From Rhynchobatus australiae (lineage: Eukaryota): a stretch of 64,000 bases of DNA. This document shows, piece after piece, positions 24,053 to 37,370 of this stretch. Made by a program: the position numbers and the translations under genes. The stretch's first letter is position 1. Each line of letters begins with the position of its first letter. The stretch spans positions 33,085,752 to 33,149,751 of the forward strand of contig JAUZTB010000127.1 in NCBI GenBank assembly GCA_034780895.1, in the 5' to 3' direction. The notes under the pieces were generated by a model. The model was not told the origin of the DNA. It made no database searches and was given only the letters and a program-made list of their open reading frames with translations.

Positions 24053-27000
24053 NNNNNNNNNNNNNNNNNNNNNNNNNNNNNNNNNNNNNNNNNNNNNNNN
24101 NNNNNNNNNNNNNNNNNNNNNNNNNNNNNNNNNNNNNNNNNNNNNNNNNNNNCTTGTGGGGAGCAGTACCTATATTGACCTATTATCCACCTTGGAAGAA
24201 ATCATCCTCTATCAAGATGAACAAGGTGGCTTATTGTTGACTAAATTATCAAAAAAATATGCAGCACTATCACCTCTGCCAAATGACAGAATGTGGCATT
24301 CTGCTAAAATGCTACAGATGTTTTAAAAAGTGGATTTTTTTTTTAAATGCAAACTGATAGAGTTCAGAACAGACTATACATTAAAAAAGACAATGCCAGA
24401 TAAAAAGGAAAACAAATCACAAAATGAAAATAGTTTAATAGCAAACAACCAAATGATATCCAGATGAGTGTGTGTACTCCACACTGTTAAAGGAAAATCA
24501 TGTTTACGTGATGGACACAGAAACTAAGGCTTTGGAGGCAATTATTCCAATCCAAGCCAACCCACTGCAGTATAGAAATATTTACCTTTAACACCAACCC
24601 AAGACTATCAGTTGTCAAATCCACAATCAGCGCAGTGACAAAAAAACTCTTCAGTACAGGTCATAAAGCTGCAAACAGGAAATAAAACACACACATACTT
24701 CGAAACTGCAGAGAATCTTGATTATGCCACGTACCACCTTACTGAAAACTAAACTGGCCAAATGACACCACTGTTTTATGCAAAACTTTGGAAGACAGCT
24801 GGTTGATGAAGGCCTCTCATCATGAGTTGGCCAGTTTTCACATGCATTTATTGCAAAAACTGTGTGCTCCGTAATTTAGTATCACTTTACTTTTCCAAGA
24901 GGAAACAGCAACCCAGTGCCATTGTGTGTGGAGTATAGACTAACAAAATACAATGGGCTTCAATTTCAGTCAGGACATCTGCGCAAGACAATTCCTCTGG
25001 GAAAGCAAACCAAAGGGGTACTCTGAATAGTTTTCTCAAAGACCAAGCAAGTTTGGCAACCAAAGACTAAAGGAAGGGCTCTAATTTGAATCTTCCTTTA
25101 TTCCAATTTATCAGATTTAGTCAGAACTGCAAGACAACTGCCCCCAGTCACCATATTCTAGGGAACAAAAAGAATTCCTGGCTTCTAACCAATAATCATG
25201 CCAGAATTGTGTAGCAGATGCCAGGCAAGAACTGATTGGATGCCAAATAAGTTTATTTGGGGGGTGAATGGNNNNAAGAGGTCACACACAAACAAACCCA
25301 GGTCAATTGGGCAATGTGACACCTGCGGACAACCAGTGCAAATAAAAACTCAAATCACAACTGTTGCTCCCTAGCATAAAAGACAGAAGTTAACTCAACC
25401 TCTGAAGCAAGGAAACCACCCACAATTAGAGAAAGCTTTAAGGAATGTAGTGAATGCAACTGAATGGGAAACAAGTATTTTCCAAACTTTTTGCAGGACA
25501 AAGGACAAATTCTCCAGAAGCCTCAACTCCTTTGAACATCTGCATGGATGCTCAGGTTTTCTACATATTAATTCAGTTTACTTTGCCTGGAATTTACTGC
25601 CTCACCAATCATGCCAACTTCACACTGCTTCAAAAAGGAATAAGCTCAGTCAATGGCCATGGTCAATTTGAAGATCCATCTCAACCGGGTGAAGAGGATC
25701 AGGTTGCACCATCACCTCCCAGCTGTTGCTTGTACAGATGACACAACTGACTGCCAGCTCCATGACGATCACCAACACAGGATTCACATGCCTGCCCTTT
25801 GTTGTGTTGTTTAGGTGGGGCATCTTGTTGCTGGGGGCAGCCAACAGAGGAGGAAGAAATAGGAGATGAACAGCTGTAAAGCGGTTGGGGCACCACTTTA
25901 CAGAATTCTCATACAATTGGAAAAAAGGATGAGAACTCGGCCGAAATGTCCAAGACTCCACCTACACTTGTGAAACTTGGCCCATGCCCAGTAGCAGCAC
26001 AGAAATGGAATGTGATCACTGCATAACTATTTGGAAAGGTCTCTTTTTGTTAATACCACTGGGGAAAGTTCTCAACTTTAAGGCATGTTGTTCCTAGCAC
26101 TAAGTATACTCATAAAACTCCCAAGATCTCTCAAGCTTTTAAGCTACTTTAAACAGCTGAAGCAATTGAGTCATTAAGTTAATGCTGCACTGGAGAAAGG
26201 AGACCTTGGTCTTGTTTACTTTTTTTTAAAAAAATGTACTGTGGCCTTTCCTTTATTTTCAAAATGAAACAAACAGATTTGACCAGTTCCCAGATTCTTG
26301 GAGACTCATTGCATCTGAACCATTTTCTAATTCTTTCAAGGTTCCCCTAGTCATTTTGTTGCATCTTTAGGTGAAGTTAGAGATAGCAGTTTGAATCAGG
26401 ATATCGTGTGTTTGAGGTGACGAGCTGGTCATAGGGAGAGGGAGTTTAAAACCAGGGGTAACAGGAAGGCTCAAGGGCAGCAGTAGAAGAGCAAAGATTG
26501 AAAAGATGCTGGGGACAACCCATCTGTCCTTTTGGTTGAGGGGTGGAAGGGGTTAAATTCCACTGGCATATCTGCAAGCATCATTTCCTGAACACTCAGT
26601 AGTCATCAGCTGACATTGCCTACGTGAACATTTTCAGCATGCTGCATCATAATTAGATACCTTGATTAATGAGAATTAAAAGCTTTCTTGGATAATGAAA
26701 AAGGACAATAAAAATCTTAAGATTTAGTTTGCTTGAATCAGGTAGGTGGTGGCTGGGGTTCAAACAGCAGAAGATCAAAAGATACAAAAGGAAGCCACCC
26801 ATAGCACCCAGCTAAAAGAGCGAGGAAGGCTATGGAGGTGATCACAGGATGAAAAGCCACAAGGGAAGTGGGTAAAGGTTTCCTTCTGGCCTCACAGCCA
26901 CAGTCATCTTCTGACTCAATTCAAAGACAACACATAAGTAGTAACTGTATTTGGCCAAAATTTCCCAAAATACTTAAAGAAAACCTGGCAAACAGAGCCA

Positions 27001-28469
27001 CAAAAGGGAGATAGAGAGGCAGGTGATCAAAAACTTCACAGGTTTAAAGCACATCTCAGAACAGAGCAAAGTAGGGAAGCAGGAAAGCTTAGGGAGGTCA
27101 TTGTTTAGTTTTAGAGTACAAGAATAATCCTGTGCAAGATCTCAGAGTAAGAAGATAACAAATGTGCAGGAGTGGAGAATATTAGTTACAGGAATTGTTC
27201 AAGGTACAGGAGGAACCTAAACAACAGCAAGAGTTTTTCCAAATTGTTGGGTTATCCAGGCGTCCCTTCTCCTGGAAGATCCAGCCCAGTGTACCACCAT
27301 ACTGATCAAACATATCAGGATCCTAATGACTTAAATTTTAATGAGACACTTAAGAGCAGGCAATCTTGATAATGCTGAAAAACAGAGGTATGAATGCTTT
27401 CTCCCACCCCCACCCAAAAAATACATAATTGACACTTGACCGGAGGTTTTGAAATCAGGTCAGAAGAGTTCTGCTACTTTACAGCGAGAGAATACACACT
27501 AAAATATTGAGCTGGCACACCAAGCATCTTAAAACTGAAAGGGCACAACAGGCCCTGTTGGCACATCTGCCACACACAATGCCTGTGGCCAGAGCCACAT
27601 TTGCTGGTCCCCTGACTGCTCTTACCTGGAGCAAATTCTCAAACCATCTCTTAACTGGTGCCCGCTTCTCGTGTTGCAAACAGCAAACCGTGCCCAGAAG
27701 TGCTGGAACTAACAATTAAGTCACAGCATCAGCTTTACCAGCTGCCCAGAAAGTTTCTGGGCATGTCTCTGACATCCAAATATTAGTTTTTAAAAACTGT
27801 GTATTCTACAATTTAAAGTCTCATGTCTTACCAACAAAATTAAGACTAGGTAACTGTATTTATGTTGTGTGTCTTAAATTTAACTCATTTAAGGTCAGCC
27901 CACATTGACACATTTGACCCCTAGTGAATCACATCACCAATCTGGTCCTCCCCACTTGGTCGTGCAAGAAGGCTAGTGTAGGTTCCAAAAGCAATCCTTG
28001 AAATAAAATCTTTAATATTCTACTGCATTAGCAGAATAAACCACCAGAATCCCATCTCAACATCTCATCTAACCACATACCACTCCTACAAGAATATACA
28101 TCAATCCACATTACTGACTCAAAGTTCGGATTCAGTTGCACCTCTGTCCCAAGATGTTTTTCCTCTCCCAAAAAGGCAGCATTTGGAGACATCCGGCAGT
28201 CATTAACTATGGGGCTGATTGTGTAATTTCCATTACTCAAGCACGGTGACAAATTTGCAGGCAGCCAAATTCAAGGATGTTCCACAGTCCTTCTGAATGA
28301 CAGAGTCGAAGGCTTTAATGAGGTTCAAAAATGTATAGTGGCTAGTGCTGTTCCCTGCAATTTTCTTGGAGATGTCAGTGAATTTCTTGCCCACTGTGAC
28401 ACAGCAGTGTCCGAATCAGCACCATAATTCAGGGCACAGCTCCTGGACCAATGGGAGATGGTTATGAAG

Positions 28470-29560
28470 GACCTTATGACTTTCCAATGTGACAGACAGA
28501 AGGGAGATCCCTCCTTAGTTACTGCAGTTGAATCCAATTCCCTTCATGATTATGGCATCTCCAAAGTCCACCAGTAGGTCCTCCGTTTCCAAATGTGGAC
28601 AATGTGATTCTGGATTCATAATTAAAGCCCTTTCCCATTCAGTTTTAGAAATTCAGTAAGGATACCAAAGGCCTTGTTACTTTTCAGTTGGCATATGGCC
28701 ATAGACTTCTTGTCAGGAGTGACAGCTAGGCTGGACCAAATAGGTTGTTGTAGGATGGAGTCAAGGTTGATCACAAATAAGGACAGTCATGATTAGAGGC
28801 CTTTGACCTATTCCTTTCAGTGGACACGAACTGTCACCATCCCCAGTGAGTTCACCCTTATAGTTTTCACTCAGTAGGCTGGGTATGTATGTTGTAGATG
28901 GCCTCAACAGCAATAAAGAACCCACAAGCCATTGAGCCTCCTACACCATCTATTCTTTAGGGCATAGGTTATCTACTGGTCCTCTGCCTTCATGTACCTG
29001 GGGAGATTATGCTTTTCCCTTGAAGATAGATGGAGCTTCCAATCCAGGAACACTGTTTCTGGTTAATTAGCTCCTCGATCTTATAGTCATTCATTAAACC
29101 AGTTCTGGTTGACATCAGTGCAGAAACTCTTGGCTTCTCTATGGTGGACTTCAGGGCAGCCTGTACACAGTAGACATTCAATTGTCTCCCGAGGCTGGGA
29201 GACAACACTGCCTGCCCAAGAACTATCTTTGTGGACTCCATGAGAGTTTTGACACAAATTTGCTTGCAGAAATATTTTTGATGTTTTGGGACCAGGTGTC
29301 GATGGAGAGAATACAGATTAGGCAGTGGTGAGTCCAGCAGTCATCAGTGCCCATCCTAGCCTGGGTGCTGTGGACACCTTTCCAGTCCAACCTATGGACA
29401 ACGATACAATCTAATACTTGACCATGAGCTCTTCTGCCCATCCCTCTGACAAAATGTACTAGCATTTTCTCAGGAAACAGATCCTGTTGGAGTTGGCCTT
29501 CCCTACTCCTTTCTTGCCAGACCATTGAGTTTATTCCCACCAGGCAGTGAATTCACCTTC
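28470..29560 (-). mobile_element. RTE-clade (BovB-like) LINE fragment: endonuclease end, linker and RT start
   Basis: Minus-strand segments LDCIVVHRLDWKGVHSTQARMGTDDCWTHHCLI (cf. LDYVIVRxRDxxDVxxTRAMxGADCWTDHRLI), QNWFNENDYKIEELINQK-like (cf. HQDWFDEND), and DFGDAII...CSN*GGISLLSV (cf. NYRGISLLS). Confidence 0.8.
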
Positions 29561-31764
29561 AGGGATGAGAACCCGTTTTCAGGATCAGAGTAGAGGTCTC
29601 CATTGGTCTTCCCTGAACCTTCCAGGGACAGCTATATGGACAGATGACCATCATCTGTGGTCCTCTATTCAACTGAGCCAAAAAGATCAAAACTTCCATC
29701 AATTCCCCAGGAGAGCCACTGAAACTCTTGATGGTAAAGCTCACTCCATGAAGACATAACAGAATAGTCTTCAAAACAAATTACATCACATGAAAATGAT
29801 CAAAATACAGTTTGAGTAATAATGGCAGATCATTCATTCCGGCTGCAGTCAGACTCTCAATGAACAGTTTAGTTAGTACAAAACTTGGTTGAACAGAATA
29901 ATAGTTAAAATCAAAGTGACCAAGTAGATTAAAACAATATTAATTTCATCTGCTAAGGTGTTTAAAAAGAAAAAAAATTGAAAAGTAGTTTTAGAACATC
30001 AGAGAGCAAGGCATTTAATCCTGAACAGTGAAAGGTTGTTCTATGAACTCAGATTTAAGCAAGGACCACTTTAACAAATTTGACATTAGTTGAAGAAAGA
30101 TTATGGAATAGGTGAACATGCCTGACACATGGGATTAGTACTACTACTTGTGCACAAGGTGGATTGGTTGAAACAGATGGTTGTTTTCTTTTTTTTAAAC
30201 CTCAATTTCCATCCCAAGGCACCACAAATGAGCATTGTGAATAAAATTTGACATAGCCACAAAGAAATATGAAAGCAGATGNNNNNNNNNNNNNNNNNNN
30301 NNNNNNNNNNNNNNNNTTCTCAGGATGAGGAGCAAAACGCTCCACAGGAGGTGGGGGATCGTCAGGCTGTGCCAATTGAAGGTGTTGACTAAGAGTAATT
30401 TAATCTGTAGACACCAATTACACTCCATTGGGCAGACCAGGTTGTTTGCACACCCAATGTCTATTCCAAGCTCCATCACAGGAAGAGATTTTCAGGTGGA
30501 CAGTGGAAAAGATTCAAGGATGTGCTCAAAGCCTTCTTGAAGGGAAGGGGCAACATCCACTGACTGCTGGGAATCCCTGGCCCATCACCACTCAGACTGG
30601 AGAAGCAGACTCCAGGGTGGTACCAAGAACCTCAAGTCTATGAACGAAGAGCAGACAGAAGCTGAACAAAAACAGCAGAAATCATCTCAAACTATCCACC
30701 CAACCATCATGCAGCACCTGCCTCATTCACAGTTCCCCCAATCACCTTAGAAAAGGAGCGACATCAAGTTGTTGATCCCAAGTGATGACCCAGAAGCAAA
30801 AATATTAGAGGCCAACACCAAGGTGTGGCAAGTATACCAACTAATTTCTCTCATTTACCAAGGAAGGCGACTTTGCCAATGACTCAGTAAACAAGGAAGT
30901 GGTCAGGACATGGAGTAGGATAAAAATAGATGGAAGGATATGGTATTAATTAGCTCAGCGGATGTGACTTGGTTAGATAGGACAGTTCCTGGGTTAGAGG
31001 CAAGGACAGGAATTAGAGGCGGGAGCTGCAATTTTCCAATCCTCAGATACATTCGTGGTGCTAGATATCAGGATTTCAAGTGTAAATCCTGGCAAACAAA
31101 AATAGGCCAGAATAATCCTGATAATTAGGATCAGCTTCGATGGTGGGGGGGTAAACTTAGAAATGATAACCCAGGAGACAATAGCTGAAGACAGGAAAGT
31201 CAGGGTGGGTCCATTAGAGGCAATACAGACCCAATTAACTCGCTCATGTTACTAAGGGTAGATGAGAGAAGCACAGCTGACTGCACAATTGGACATTAAC
31301 AAAACTGAACAAGATGGCAGTTGTAAACAGTGAGAAAGTGCTCAGGGAGGATAGGACATGAGTTTATACAGAGGGGAATAGAGAAGTTGTGTTGAATGGC
31401 TGAGATGTCAATAGCTGGAGAACAAACTTTAAATGGCGATTTGCTAAAGAACAAGTAACTTTGCAATACAACTTTTCTATGTGCAGGGAGGATTCTTCCC
31501 CACCCAAAATAAAACTGTGGAATTTGGGTATTGTTGCAAGGCCAGCAAAAAATGATTGCATACCAATACGCTCTCTGACAGAAGGATAGAAACAGATGCC
31601 ACAATAGCTTTCAACAGCAAAAAAATCAGATAACTGGAGAAATACCTGCACCAATAGAGGGAATAAATCGTGGGCTGGGACTAAGGTTGTTTATTTTTAA
31701 AAAACACCAGTGTAGACTCAATTAGCTCAATTGCCCTTTTAAAGAGACTGCACTATTTCTGGTA

Positions 31765-32079
31765 CAGGTTGAAACTCTCTAATCCAGCAATTGAGCCTGA
31801 CTGATGCTGCCCCAATCATCTTCCTCTAAGCAGGAGAGCCGTTCTTTTCAAGTACACCAGGGCCACACAAGGGACCTGAGAATTGTTCGCAACCTGAAGT
31901 TTCCTCAGATGGGAAACTCTGCCTAAGATCGTAAAGTTGCACTAGTAAGTTAATTAGCTGCAGGTTAGTCTAGATCTTAGTTAATTTTAGATCTTAGCTA
32001 GAATTAATCAGTATAGATCTGAGCTATAGATTCAAAACATGCCAGACCATAGGAGTTGGCAGACCAGAGTTTCAAATTG
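31765..32079. mobile_element. Tc1/mariner-superfamily (pogo/Tigger-like) MITE, 315 bp, TA target duplication
   Basis: TA|CAGGTTGAAACTCT ... AGAGTTTCAAATTG|TA gives 14-bp terminal inverted repeats with 2 mismatches. TA lies at 31763-64 and 32080-81. No coding capacity. Confidence 0.75.
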
Positions 32080-34619
32080 TATTATTTTAATTGACACTAA
32101 CCTTTGCAGTTCTCAAAACTAATAATCTTACTTGTGACCTGTTCACTTCTTTAAAAAATGGCAGGTACTTTCAGAAGGGTCATAGGGCTAAATTCAATAC
32201 AAGAAACTACAAATGCACCTTGGGGACTTTGTAATTTGGCATTNNNNNNNNNNNNNNNNNNNNNNNNNNNNNNNNNNNNNNNNNNNNNNNNNNNNNNNNN
32301 NNNNNNNNNNNNNNNNNNNNNNNNNNNNNNNNNNNNNNNNNNNTGTTTGCCCCCCCCCCCCAAATATTCATTCCATTGTACAAAAAAACCACAGCTGTGA
32401 GTCCTTCCAAGTGCCTGGCATCAGTATAGAGTTGCCCATCACAGCAACATGCCCTTCTGCCCACCACATTCATGCCAACCTTTTTACCTATCTACACAAA
32501 TCCAATATCCTTCTATGCATTACCTTGTCTTGTCTTTCAGGAATTAGGAAAAGCTCCTGAGCATGTATCAATATTTCATTGTCATTGTTCCAAAGTGCAT
32601 CTTGTGGAATAGTGGAGAGAAATATGAGGAGGAGGAAGGTGGGAGAACAGAGGAAGACAAGGGTGGGTGAGAGCAGAGGGTGAAAGGAAAAGGAAAAGAG
32701 AACAAGAAAATCCAAAAACAACACATGCACAACCATGATCTTAGTCATTTCAAAATCGTTGGTGGCCTTACCCTTGAAATCTTAAACCACCAACTTTGTA
32801 ACAAAGAAAACAAAAACGTGTAGGTACAGGAAGTTTCAATATGTCTTAGTTTATGAATTATGCTCCATTCCATACCTTTCTCATGGGACAAGTTCAGATC
32901 CAAGTTGTAACAGATACTTCCTTTCCCCTTCAGGCACCCCATACCCACACACCCAGGTTACACAAGAGGATCACAGTTAAGATGCACAATGTATGCATAA
33001 TTTACTACAAGTTTGTGGTAGTGTTGGAAGTATTCAATGTATAAACATTCAATCACAATCTACAACTTTGTTGCAAGTTTACTTTTGCAGATATTTCATA
33101 GATAACCTATATCACAATTTCTAACAGACTTCAAAGCTATGCAACCACTATCAAAACCATAATTTATCAGATTTAAACAGAAATATACACATTGGTTTGC
33201 ACTACACTTTCCAATTACAGCTAATCACACAAGAATGCAAGTATGTGAATGTATTGAACAACTTATTCATTTTGACCATTACACAATTACTTTAAGTATC
33301 ACAGGTTTCTGCAGGTAAAGCCATTCAGATGTTAAATTTTCCCAAAGATTAAATCAAAAATAATTGCCTCTCTTCCTTCTAACAGAGAAAGTCAGTCTCC
33401 CTACAGTCATTACAGTGACGATATTCAACAGGAAGTTACGCTACTCAAGCAGCCCCAGAGCTTTCCCATATACTGCTCAAACATCTGCACAGATAAATCA
33501 CTCCCAGACATAGGGAGCCCTGCAGTGGTCTGGCTGCCGGGAACGTCCCAACAATTTGCTTGGAGATGGATGAAAAGTAGCAAGGGGCAAGAGGTTCTGT
33601 AACTATTGTGAAAGTATGCAAATTACTTAAAGCTACAGCACTCAAAGTACATCATTTATTTTTTCTACATTTTTCTTATTCGCTTTATGCCAGTGGTAGG
33701 GTATGGGACTGTAAACTCTGGGTGTACAGTCATACCCCACCCTGTAATCGTGCATTATGGACAAACTGACAGGAGGAGTTTAAATAAGTTGTCGTAACAA
33801 GGCATCACATTGCTAAATCAGATTCCACAAACATCTATGAAAGTTTTTGTTTGGGTTGGTTGGGGATGGGGGAGGGAATAAAAAGGGAATTGGAAAAAGG
33901 AAGAGGGAGTGATATTATTGGAAGATCATCAGGAGTGAGAATGTGGACCAATTTTATTTCTTACTTCTTAGAGACACTGGGCCAACTGCAATAGATTAGT
34001 CATGCCCAAAACACAAACAACTTAAGCAGGTTAGCTTTCTACATAGTTGGATGGTCCTTGACAGTGTCAAGGTATAGAACCAATCTGCCTCTTCCTGCCA
34101 ATCATGTTCAGTTTCTGAAATTTCCACCAGAATTAGAACTTTTAGAAATTGAGCTGCGAGAACCACAGATTCAAGGTGGTTAACTAGTGCTGCAAGCTAA
34201 CAATATTGCCGATATTGTTATGACACTTTTCAATGTATTAATGCAGACTGTCACCATGCCAAAGCAAAGCTTCTGCTCCAAAAGCTTGCAATGTTTGGCA
34301 GAAGTGTCAAGATATTGTGGGGTGCTCACTCACAAGTAGTCATTTTCCTCATCACCTCCAAAAAACACTTTAGCCAATGGTCTCCTGGAGGCTATCAGCC
34401 CATTTCCCAATTGCAGTAGCCATTTTCCTTCCAGCCAAGTAGAACCACATCACTCCAACATCTCAGCGAAACTAAGCAGAATCTCACTGAACCACATTTC
34501 CAAATGACAGAGGGACAATTTGTAAAATGTCCTAGATTCAATGGGCCAAAGAAAGCTTGTTCATCTACCAATTTCTCCTCTAACCTATACACATCAACTC
34601 CAAGAATCTTCCAAATCAC

Positions 34620-34825
34620 TTACACTACAGGGTCAATTTACCATGAGCAATTGTCCTTGTAACCTGCACATCTTTGGGACCTGGGGGAAAAACAGAACTC
34701 TGAAGAAACCCACAGTCACAAGGGGAAGGTGCAAACTCCACACAGACAGCACCAGAGGTCAGGATTGAACCCAGGTCACCGGAGTTGAAAGGGAGCAACT
34801 CAACCATCTGCATCAATGACCTCCC
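34620..34825 (-). mobile_element. tRNA-derived V-core SINE
   Basis: Minus strand gacctgggttcaatcctgacctctggtgctgtctgtgtggagtttgcaccttcccc (B box plus V-SINE core). Confidence 0.85.
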
Positions 34826-35159
34826 TGAAGCAGGGAGCATGCCAACATGTTACATGCCAATTTACACAATTGCTGCAATCAATGCTGACTGCAGCCTTCA
34901 ACAGGGGTCCCAATACTGTCAGTGACTACCTCTATTTAAGTGCAGATCTCAAGGGAACTTCAAGGCCATTTGCAGGTTCTTTCGCTTGTTCACAACCGCC
35001 TTTTGATGCCAAAGCCAACAACTACATTGTGTTGGAGCACTGGAACAGAAAAGAATCTGCTTTAAGAGATACACTGGGATAATTTATAATGCAATGTACA
35101 ATATGGCATACCTTATAGATTTTGGGTTGGCTTTTTGTTTTCTGGCAATTAAGTCACTG

Positions 35160-35555
35160 ACAGTCAGAGAGATGCATCATATAAGTGGGCCCTTTGGCAT
35201 ACTGAATCCATGCCAACCACCCATTGGCCATAATCCTATGTCTCTTTTTTTAAGATTTTCCCACATTGCTCTAAACTCCCTCCCTCCCACACCCCCCACA
35301 CCCAGATTTTACCACTCATCTGCACACTAGGGCCAATTTAAAATGGCCAATTAAGCTAACATTCTGCATGTTCTTTGGATGTGGGTGGAAACTGAAGCAT
35401 GGGGGGGGGGGGGGAAAAACACATGCAGTGTAGCGTGTGGAATCTATGCAGTCACAGGAAGAACGTGCAAACTCCACAGACAGTGCCCAAGACAGGATCG
35501 AACCTGCGTCGTTACAGCAGTTTGGCAGCGGCTGTACGAGCTGTACTGCCTTATG
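35160..35555 (-). mobile_element. tRNA-derived V-core SINE with 3' tail
   Basis: Minus strand gcaggttcgatcctgtcttgggcactgtctgtggagtttgcacgttcttcc. Confidence 0.8.
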
Positions 35556-37059
35556 TTGGACTGTTGGCAAATGGGAAGCTGGGGTTTTCTTTTATGGTGT
35601 TGCTGTCAAATGAATTGTTCAGGCAACTCAGTCAAGGATGCGGAAATTGCCTTCTCCTTCCTTCACCATCTGCTCACTGTAGCACTGGTGACTAGGGAAA
35701 ACACCAAGTAGGAGAATGGTCTGCTGTTCACCACACAGGAACCTCAACACCCACACTGCCATACATTGACAGACCTTTCTAGGCCAGAAGCCTCACTTCA
35801 ACATGGCGATAATCTCATCCAATACACTAATTTCTGTAATGTACATGCATGTTTGCCAAGTTGCCTCAGATGCAGAAGGAAGAGTACCTCATAATTAGAC
35901 CATATTAATTGTTACTGTCAGGTAATAAGCATTAATATGCACAATGCTCTGTAAAGCATGAGCCCAACACCAAGGGTCAGCTGTACCAGCTCCAGCCCAG
36001 CTGGATGCCAGCCAGAAAGCTGACTGGTTTTACTGCTACAAATACACAGACAGCTGCTAAACCTGGAAGGCAGTGTGTAATAATGAAATACTGGAAATGT
36101 CTGCTTGTAATTACCTGCAGACGTGCAATCTATTTAAAACTATGCCATTTATTGAAATAACTGTCTTGCATCTCCTCAGAGATAATTGCCCCAGGGGTAC
36201 ACATACCACAGTTTGGAATACTCCAGTCTACACAACTACTGGACAAAAGAATGGATTCCCTCCAAATAACGGCACATCAGGTGAACTCACACTGGCCGCC
36301 CTGTGAAGCGATGAGCTGGCAGCCAGTGGAACCCTGCATCACTGGGACACCAGAAATCCTCACAGGATCCCTCAGCCTCCTGCTCCTCAGCCAGAGAGGC
36401 TGGACTGAAGTCCTCATTGGGAACAGAGAGCAGTTACGTAACAGTGGATAGCAAAATGTGAGATAGTGTAAACAATGCCAGTTCCAGCCTGGAAGGCACC
36501 CAATGCATTAAAAAGTAATCAATGTCACCTTGACAGTCACTGGCTAATATTTTCTTCTGCTTGCTCCAAGGTTGCTTTAATGGGCAGATCAAATGGCACA
36601 TTTCAGAGTTCATATCTTGAAACATAGAAGTCTCATAGAAAACAGTCCTCACTGGTTCAGATGGGAGAATTGTTTTCTGAACATTTGGGCAGAACAGCCT
36701 CCTAACAAAAGCCCTTCTCCCATTATTCATGAAGCACAAGTGTCACTGGTTGAGCTGATATCTATTGAGCATTCTTAATTGCTAATCTCAAGTGGCTAGT
36801 GTTACCTACATGCTCTAGGCCTGGGATCACAGGTAAACCAGATGAAGGATGTGAACAGCTGATTTCAAGTACTTTGGTGCAATGAAAGTTTTTNNNNNNN
36901 NNNNNNNNNNNNNNNNNNNNNNNNNNNNNNNNNNNNNNNNNNNNNNNNNNNNNNNNNNNNNNNNNNNNNNNNNNNNNNNNNNNNNNNNNNNNNCAAAAGG
37001 ATTAACAATACTATTGAACTGGAAAGTGTTGGAGAGAAATAGGCCAGAAATGTGTTTTC

Positions 37060-37370
37060 TGGAGATTGTGCCAGAGATCTGGTTCAACCCTGACCTCTGG
37101 TGCTTTGTGTGTGAAGTTTGCACAGTCTTCCTATGACTAAGAGTTTTCTCCAGGTGCTCTGGTTTCCACCCACATCCTAAAGGGTTTGTAGGTTAATTGG
37201 CCACTATAAATTGCCTTGTGTGTAGGTGAATGGTTGAATCAGTGGAGAATTGATGATAATGTGGAGAGAATGAGGATCATGTAAGATTATTATAACTGGC
37301 CCACCGTTGCTTCTGACTGTCAAATCAACCAAAGGGCCCGCTTCCATGCAGTCTCTCTCCATGACTCCAA
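37060..37370 (+). mobile_element. tRNA-derived V-core SINE with CR1-like tail
   Basis: ggttcaaccctgacctctggtgctttgtgtgtgaagtttgcacag...tctccaggtgctctggtttccacccacatcc...aaagggcccgcttccatgc...catgactcc. Confidence 0.85.

Noticed and set aside
25650-25961. Cys/His-containing minus-strand ORFs as a possible Tx1 ORF1 zinc knuckle
   Set aside because: CCHC spacing cannot be recovered; too degraded to support a call.
27743-27763. Perfect 10-bp palindrome TGCCCAGAAA-G-TTTCTGGGCA
   Set aside because: Isolated, with no supporting context, and too short to interpret.
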